64,000 bases of DNA, taken from the NCBI GenBank assembly GCA_977030845.1, contig OZ365112.1:12834001-12898000 (forward strand). The letters are read 5' to 3'. Both the position numbers and the translations under genes were made by a program. Under the pieces are notes generated by a model. That model searched no databases, was not told the DNA's origin, and saw only the letters and a list, made by a program, of their open reading frames with translations. The DNA is from Fimbriosthenelais zetlandica. Taxonomy: Eukaryota. The number at the start of each line of letters is the position of its first letter. The stretch's first letter is position 1. Shown piece by piece: positions 1-9,400 of the stretch.

Positions 1-355
1 TCAGAAAATGAGCAATGGACCATTTTTAATTTTAATTTTCCAATGAATAAGAATAAAAATTTATCTCCTTGAAGCAAAGACACAAAGGAAGAACAGAGTA
101 TTAAGAGTACATGTAGTAATGCTCATTTCCTAAAGGACAACTGATAGCGCCTCTATGATTAGTAACATGCCGGATGAATTAGCAGTATTTCAGACACTAA
201 AACACGCCCTAAATAAGTAACTTTCAAATATCCTTCAGTATCTTTCAGCCTTCCGCGGTATATGGTCTTTCATCTAACTGTTCAAAGTGATATACCTATC
301 TACCATTTATTTCACTATCAATTTCTGAGATCAAGTGGTGATAAAGTTCCCTTAC

Positions 356-487
356 CTTTGTATTTATTTTTGCCTTTGCGGCCGGTGAGACAGAGCAAGG
401 AGATGACAATAATGATGAAGATAACACCAGTTAAAGCTACGATGATGAGGAACCACCACTGCTGGTAGAACGGCTTCTGCTCTATTT
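356..487 (-). CDS. sdk: sdk exon 34: transmembrane segment ([43 protein letters not shown])
   Basis: Acceptor tttacag at 488, donor GTAAG at 355; 132 nt, phase 1-1; Sidekick PFYxxWWFL juxtamembrane motif, then a hydrophobic helix and basic stop-transfer residues. Missing from the ORF track. Confidence 0.95.
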
Positions 488-3400
488 CTGTAAAGAAACA
501 AGAATATTATAAGATAAATGAGATAAAAACTGACTTCACAAAAAAACTTTGCAAGGATCTCATTATTTATTTCATATTGACACTGGCTGGCCTTTGATAT
601 CCCAGTTAGCAGCACTGGGAGGACAATACAACAGGCATTTTACATTGTGTAATATTATATGTTGAGACTTACTGAGTGTCTTGAAGTGCCGGGAGGGAAG
701 GCTAGGAGCACTAATGCCCACATTATTGAGAGCTATCACTCTAAACTGATACTCTGAGTTAGGTTTAAGGTTGAGTAGACTAATAACGGCTTCAGGTTCA
801 GGCGAGGTCTTCCTCATACTCGTGTCCCACTTGGACTCTATAAAGAGACATTGTAGAACATTTTAAAGTCAAAAAGAAGAGCCAAAAAGAAGTAAAGAAA
901 GACATGTTAACTATTGTTTATAACAAAAGTTCAAAAGTTTTAGAAAATATAAGTGATAAATATAAAATATCATTTTTCAAGAGATACCCACCTCCCCTCT
1001 CCATGGCTTGAATAATGTAACCAATGATAGGCGAGTCTCCTTCCTCGCTATTCTCCCATTCTATAGTTACTGATGTTGGTCCTTCCATTACACTAGGTCT
1101 GCTCGGCCTCTCTGGGGATCCTGTAAAATAAAGATTGAGAGATTGATTTCAAAATATGGCTTCAAATACTGCTATGCTTCTACTAAGTTTTGATGGTAGT
1201 CAACAAGATTGATGTCCCACGAAGTGTATTCAAATTTGGTAGATTTTAAAATTTAAAATTGATGAAATTTCGGGTACATCACATCAATATCGCAATAAGA
1301 TTTGGCAAGTAACAAGTAAGATCTTACAGAATACAGATTAAGTAAATAAGTTAATAATTTGAGTTAATAATTGCATCATTGACTTGCTTCAGTTAGAATA
1401 GTAATAGAACAAAACCTGTACCTTTCTGAGGGCCGGTAGTTATGTTACCAAAGCGAGATGGGCCCCATCCCACACTGGTCTGAGCTCTCACACTGAAGAT
1501 GTACTTGACGTTCTCATTAAGTTCTTTAGCCTCATAATAATGACGATCACCGGAAAGTTTAACTTGTACGCTCCTACTCTCACCTATACATGGAATGAAC
1601 GAATGTTAGATCACTCTCAATATCAGTGAGACATTTAGAATTCCTTAACTAAATAACAAAAAAGATTGCCTCAAACCAAAACCAAAATCCAAACCAAAAC
1701 AAGCATCTTATCATGCACCCAATATTTACTAATCCTAATAGAAATAAACATAATAAACCACAATGAAGACAACAATCACTATTTACTGTTCAATCACAAA
1801 AAAGAATTCTGGAAAACATTATCTTACTCCTATGAGTTTCATGATTTTAAAAATATTTTCCAAGGAAAATCTGGAGATGATCATGCAGGAAATTATCACT
1901 GCAGTTATTGATAAAGACAAGGCATCTAAAATGCACGTCAATATTCGGCAAGAAAAGTTGTTCATCACAAATTTGAAAAAGATTTACCAAAATATCAAAC
2001 AATTGAGAACAACCTATGGATAAAAGCCACACCAAATTAAAGATTGTTAAACACACAAAGTTATCTATGTTCTACGCCCAAACCTGCTGTTAATAGTACA
2101 CAACACTTTATGCTAGATATACACTGCATTGAGAGAATGTACATCTTTCCACATATTATTTACAACTTGTGCTTTATCTATACATTATTAAAGCCTGAGA
2201 TCTGCAGTCCTGCCCGGATCTCAACCAAGTATAGATGAAGTAAAGATTGTTGTATATGAAGAATGAAAAAGTGCAAGTGATAGTTAGGATGGAAAGGAAA
2301 GAGAAGGGAATGGCACTGCATGCATTCTGACTGCACCAGAACAAGGCATTAATGTCCATACAACTTTTTGATTCCTTGTAGCACAGATGCACTATTTTGC
2401 TGTTCAGTTGCAGCAACTGACAAGCAACCAAATCAATTTGCTTTTCAGGGCAGCAAAGGATCAGCAATTAAATGCATTTGGGCTACAAAGGTAAGCCATG
2501 TTCTGATGAGTCGCCTGAGAGAAAGGACCTTCAGGGGAACAAGTCCTCCTGAAAGCCACAGCGGTGTAAGAACTGGAATTCTTGCCTGTGGATCTTTTCT
2601 CGCGAGAGAGTTTTTGACCTGTAAGATATATGTAATATGATATGGCTAGCGTCTAACAATGGTACATGGTGTTACATGGTCATCATCAGTGATTCCCCAT
2701 GAGCATGGTTTTATGTCTTTAAGAGAAAATACCCTTACTGAGTGTGTACCAGGCAAAGCCTGCGACAACAGATATAACATATAGATGAACGGTAAGCACA
2801 GAGATACTGGTATAGATCAGACTGGGGTGAATTACAGGTAGAGAGTATGACTAACTTACCATTGATGTCTGTATCCTGGTAGTAAGACACCTCGAAGAAG
2901 CTGATGATACCATTAGACTTGGACGGTTTCTCCCAGCTTACATTAAGTGAGGTGAGGGAGGTGACCATGAAGCGAAGACTACCAGGTTTACCAGGCACTG
3001 AAACAAAAATAAAAACTCTCAAACTCGTGAAAATCTGACCACATTCTGATCATCGTTACATGAAAGAACCCAGGAAAAAATCAATAGATCTTAACATTTC
3101 CCGACCCTGCATGAAGAAACGTGCTACGTTATGAAACTTTTGCTCACCTCCCTCCAGGGTTTTGGCGATGACAGGAACAGTGATGTTAGGACCGTCTCCA
3201 GCAGCATTGAAGGCCAGTATAAACATGGCATACTCATTGAACATCCTCAGCTGACTGAGTACAGTCTCTGTCTCCGCAGCTGCTACTGTCTTTACACTAG
3301 AAGTGTTACCAGGCATGGATTCTATCCAGTAGAAAATCTGCAAACAAAGATCATTTTGTGTCACAATCAAAGGTTGATAGGTGAATGTATCCTTATATTG

Positions 3401-6400
3401 AATATCCTTAGAGTATGGGGGAGCTTGCAGAAATATTTCTACTAACCTTGTACCCAAGTAAGTCTCCGTTCCAGCTCTCTTGGCTGGGTGGATCCCAGCG
3501 CAGCTTGATTTCTGTAGAACTGATGACCTGAGCAGCAGCATTAGATGGAGCTTCCGTGGGAACTAAAGACAAGGATACTCATTAATCTACGTAAATATCA
3601 TGTAGGTGGTTAGAAAAATGGTATTTATCAAGTTTTATTTTATTTTCCTTAAAGAAATTTTCAGGACTACCGATATTCTTTTGAAAACTTTCGAATTAAA
3701 GTAGTAATAAAATCTCATCGAAATCGATTTAATTAAAATTATTAAGACTATTGATTAAAGGATTATGATTTTATATTAGATATAGTCCATAATGTCTGAA
3801 TCCAAGCCCCAATATTAGCATAGCATATAATTATTAAACTAGTCAGGCATCGTGTGCCTACCACCTTGAGCTGAGAGTAGGAGATAAGAGAGAGAAGTGA
3901 GTGGGTATATATATGTGCTTACCGGCCTCCCCCACATACACATCTACAGGCCTGCTGAAAGGTCCATGGCCCCGCCCATTAAAAGCATTGACCTTAATCT
4001 CATAGGAGACATCAGCATTAAGGTTAATCAGTGTGACGCTTGTAGTGGGATAGGTGACAGTCACTGGGGGATAGGTGCCACTCGACTTGGCTGAGGTGTG
4101 ACGGTCGAGCCGGCGGTACCACACTTGGTACCCCAATGGATCCCCATTCCACGACTCGGTCGGTGGAGGCTAAAACCAAAAGAGCGACGGACAGGGTTAG
4201 AGGTTAGATGCAAGCAGAAAAACAAGAAGGATTTCGAGGTAAGTTTCATCAATGGCATGGCGTTTGAGTTTTGTTTGCGTTTTTGGCAGAGGAAAAGGGT
4301 CAGGGATGTGGATTTTTTAAGATGAATGGCTTGTGTGATATGGAAGGAAGAGGTTTAGGAGTTATATATTAAAGTCATAGGGTGATGAGGGTCTATCACC
4401 CACTCGTATCATTGTTAGAAAAGATGTACAATTGCTGCAATAGATCCTGTAGAGAACGCTAGATATGCCAGCAATCTACACCGTTTTAGCTGCCAGCTTA
4501 TAGGCATATTAAACTATTAAATTAAGGAAGTGGATTTGCATTTCTGTCATTCAACGATCAATTATCTGCCTTGTAAAGAATTTTGAGGTCTTTACAAGTT
4601 CCCAGAGCAAATGTATATCCACTTCCCATTATAGTTAGTGGTTTTGTGGTGAGTTGATTTTGTTTGTGGAGGATGGAAATCCTACCCATTTCAATATAAA
4701 CAACGACGACTTGGCTCCAGGGAGAGTTACCCAGAGCACTGAAGGCTCTGATCCTCAGCTCGTATGTGTGTAAGAATTTAAGTTGCTTCACGAGATGCTC
4801 AGTGGCATAAGGTACATTGAGGACTGAGGACTGCCACTCAGCCGGCACCCCAACCTCTCTATACTCAACCACATAACCTATGAGATCACCATTCCAGGAC
4901 TCCACAGGTGGAGGCTGAGAGAAACACAACATAATACTCATCACTAATAAGTTATTAGCTCATCACTAATATGATCAAAATCTGTCTAAAAAAAAGTCTA
5001 GCAAAGGTTTTTAGAAAGTATATTCCTACTTATAGCTTAACTAAAAGCATTCATCTGCAATATAATTGTTGTTTAAATTTACTCTATATATATGGGACAA
5101 ATGATAAGTTCATAATATAAAGGTGTTCATTTCAGGCAAGGTGAAGATATCTAGCAGTATCATGAAATCTACAGATATAAATGCAAATATATTGCCACAA
5201 AATAATGAGATGGAAATATTTCAAAAACATGGTAAGAGAGCTGAACATTTTTCAAGCGAACCAAATAAATTTGTATCCACTGAAGGACAATTCATACAAC
5301 ACGTAAATTGGCGTATAAATGTGAAGAATTGTTACCTTCTTCAGGGTGTACATTGAGGTAAGAAGATGAATATAAGAACATGAAGGGAGAGGAAAGGTGT
5401 ACCTAATTAAATGTGCAACAAGTGCATTTCTAATTCAGAAGGAACTCAGCATTTACAAGATTCTTTTTCAGGATGACAGTTTAACAATATGATATAATCT
5501 GAAGTATTTTTGGAGAGACGTGTAAATAGTTTCAATTGTATAAAAGGAAAAGTCTCTGAAGAATAAAGCTGTATATTTAAAAGGTAATGATCAATTCCTA
5601 CCTTCCATGAGATGAGGACAGATGTGGTGGTTTTGGGCGCCACAATCACTTCAAGTGGAGGGCTCTCCGGGGCTGAAAACAGCAACATATTTTGATTAGA
5701 GAAAAGAACCGGTACCGATCGTGCATGTTCTATTCACTTCTGCCAAGAGCAGAACTAAAAGGAGACGAAAAGAAAAAGGAATTTAACTCATAGCTATGAA
5801 AGTGGACAATGTGGACAGGAATCTCTTACCAGCCTGCTTGGTGGTCACTTGGTCTGATTCCCCGCTGAACTGACTTGATCCAATGTCATTCACTGCGGCA
5901 ATTCTGAACTTATACTTAGTGTTAGGTCGCAATCTGAAAAAGAACATTTTAAACTTAAATTTCTTGCATTAAAGCACTGAGAAATGAAGGCGATCTTAAA
6001 TGCTAATCACAGACCAACCAAGTAGATTATTAATGGCCTTTAAACAATTTTTTGTTTAATACAAAGAAATTATTTTATAAATGTATGACGTACTCGGTAA
6101 TGGTATAAGCCACAGCATCTGGAGGTACGAGTTTGTCCAGGGTTCTCCAGTCCTCGCCGTCTGGCTGTATCTGTATGGTGTAGTTTCTGATGGGACTGTA
6201 ACCGTTACTGCTGGGCTGCCAGTTAACAGTCACGTAACGGTTACCTACAGCTGACGTACCGATCTGAGGCTCACTGGGCGGGTCTGGTACAGCTACAACA
6301 GTCACACATTAACTCTATTAATATACTACATTCATAGTCAAAATTAACTCTATTAATACACTACATCTATGGCAAGAATTTCGCATGTAGATAACCTACA

Positions 6401-9400
6401 TATTTGTATTTCGTCTATATCTATATCAGATTCTAAGATACAAGTCGATGACAAACTTATACAAACTGGTAGTTCAGTAATAAAAGGTAATCAAGAATAT
6501 AATAGCACAGTAACATGTGTTAAAATTGTCAGGTAATGAAAATTTATAAGGACATACTTCTGTCAACAATAGTGAAGACTTCGAGTACAGCAGGCGCGCC
6601 TATACCCAGCTTGGTACGAGCTGAGACCCTGAACACATAGTATTTATGTCTCTGTAGATGACTGATGCTGAGGTCCCGGGCATTAGGACCTAACCCATCC
6701 TCCTCTATAGCGAAGTCAGGGCCTTCAGTCTTCTCATAGTAAGCCACGCTGTAACCTGTGATGATTCCATTAGGTTCCTTAGGTGGACTCCACACCACTA
6801 GTACTGTACTGTAGGTGACATCAGGGAAATACACACTGCTTGGAGGTCCGGGTACTGGAAAAGAAAATTATGATGAACCGTCAATGATTGAATATCAAAA
6901 TTCCCTTCAGTATTACTCAGGGCCACCCTAGACTAGGGGGTCAATATCAAATGAAATTTTTTTTTGTCCTCAATGATTAGAGAAATCCAAAGGTTACAGA
7001 ACAAAACATTTCGTAGTTTGTATCATAATACAAAAAAGGACACTCACCATCCTCAAATGTTTTCACTATAGGAGCCGGGCTGCTGAGAGCTCCATCTCCT
7101 ATGCGGGTATAGCCCAGCACCTGGATCCTGTATTGAGTGTATTTCTTCAGGCTCGTCAGTATAGTCTCCCTGGCCAGGCTGGTGTTCACATCATTCACAG
7201 ACGGCTCTAACCAAGGCATGTTAGCTATACTGTAGATGACCTGGTGGAAAATAGAAAATAAAACTTAATATTTTCAGGAATTTTTCAGATAGGTGAAAGG
7301 AAGGAAGAAATCTTTGAAAATTATGAATGAAAATCTATGAAGATATTAGCAATGTACCTTGAAGCCGAGTAGTTTGCCGTTTTTATGCATCTCGGGTATA
7401 TCGGACCATTGTACACGTATGGAGGTAGAACTGAGAGCTGTAGCGTTGATTTTAGCTGGACCCTGACTGGGCACTGACTCACGGGTCCTGTCTGTGGCTA
7501 TAGTACTGTACTCACTAAAGCCCACCTTGTTATAGGAGGCTACACGCACATCATACTCAGTCCACTCCTCTAGTTTAGTGAAGGTATAACTATTAGCGTT
7601 CTCATTTCTGATCTCTATAGTTGTGATGAAGTGGCTGGCACTGTGCTCTTTATGCTGGATGAGGTAACCTCGACCCTCACCATTCCACAAGTCAGAGGCC
7701 AGAGGCTGCAACAAGGAAAACATTATTATTCAAAATATCTCAATGGACAATAGTTCAATGGTGCTTTATTTTATATCAATTTTTTATATCAGGACTGTAA
7801 ATAAAAACCCCAAAATATACACAATTGATAATCCTGTTAAATAGCTTAATTTGATTTTTTAAATATGAATGTAACTGCCTAATAAATTATGCTAATTTCC
7901 AGGATCATAACAATATAATCTCATTGATTTAATTGTTAATTTGTACTGATCATTTCATTGATTTAATCGTTAATTTGTACTGATCATTTCATTGATTTAA
8001 TCGTTAATTTGTACTGATCATTTCAGCCACCCACCTTCCATCGTACACGGATGGCCGTCTCATTGTCCGCCCTGACTGTCACCTCAGATGGCGGGCTAGA
8101 TGGCTCAGCTTGGATGGTTTGGAAGCTCCGTGTGGAATCACTGGGCATACTGCGGCCTGCCACATTCTCTGCTAACATCCTCAATATGTAGTTAGTATAG
8201 GGCCTCAGACCAGTCACCTCTAATGAGGTAGCCTCAGGTGCTGTCTTCTCAAAGATCACCATCCATTCATCGTCAGTGTTAATCTGGGCCTCAATAACCC
8301 ACTTGGTAATGGAGGTGTGGCCAGAGAATCCTGGTATAAACTGTACGAGTACAGAACTCGCCTGGATGTTGGTGATGGCCAGATTACGAGGCGGAGCTGG
8401 GCGCTCTGAGAAAAATAGACAAGATCACTGTAAACATAGTCCGACAGTAAATATCATTAGACTTAATATAGGTAAATTTCCACTTATTTTTCTCTTATGA
8501 TCTTCAATTATGAAACTTTAGGCATGACGATTTGTGTAGAAGAGTATTGTGCAGTGTACTGATAAAGCATTTTGGTATTCATTTTTATAAATGTTGGTAT
8601 ACGAATAATTTGTAACCCATACATAACACCAAATATATATTACTAGGGGTTTTGCTATAACAGGGGGAATTGAGCACAAAAACATTTCTAGGACAATTTA
8701 CAGAACAAGGGACAATTCATGTAACAATGTGAATGACAATGAACTTGAGCATTTTACTAAACAATTGAACATTTGAACATGAAACTTTCTATGTGTGAAC
8801 CTTACCAACTATAGTGAAGTGTGGCAGAGAGAAAATTCATGGACAGTATAATTAGTACAGAGAGATATCAAATATATAAGACAGATGAAGACAAGTCAAT
8901 TTACAAGAGAAGTGCAGAACATTGTGATATAGATTTTACGGAACTATTTTTGTACACTTTTAGAGCAAGAATAGTTGGAGAAAACAGGACGACAAACGGT
9001 ACCTAATACAGAATGATCATTCAAAAGACATCCACTAAGACATACCTTCATAAATAGACAAATATTAATATTTCTTGGCATATCAATTTGAGAATATTTA
9101 CCTGGGGGTACACCTGATCCTATGTCGGCAGATCTGAGGGGACCAGCGCCCACCCGTGTCTTAGCGAAGACCTCTATGGTGTAGGTGGTGGTAGCCGTGA
9201 GACCGGTAATGGTGTAGTTCAGGGTGGTGGGTGATAGGTCCACACTCACTTTTGAGATGGTTTCATTCTTCCTCATGTAACTCAATGTGTAACCTACAAA
9301 TACATATCACAATATCCATTATATTTTAGTTCAACAATCAACAAATTTAACCCCTTTTTGGTTATCAGAATTACAATATAGATGTATAATTACTTACCAA

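Noticed and set aside
2480-2570. CTGATGAG...GAAA resembling a hammerhead ribozyme core or a box C/D snoRNA
   Set aside because: Stem I and the G-C pair closing stem II cannot form. It is also antisense to the host gene, unlike an intronic snoRNA.
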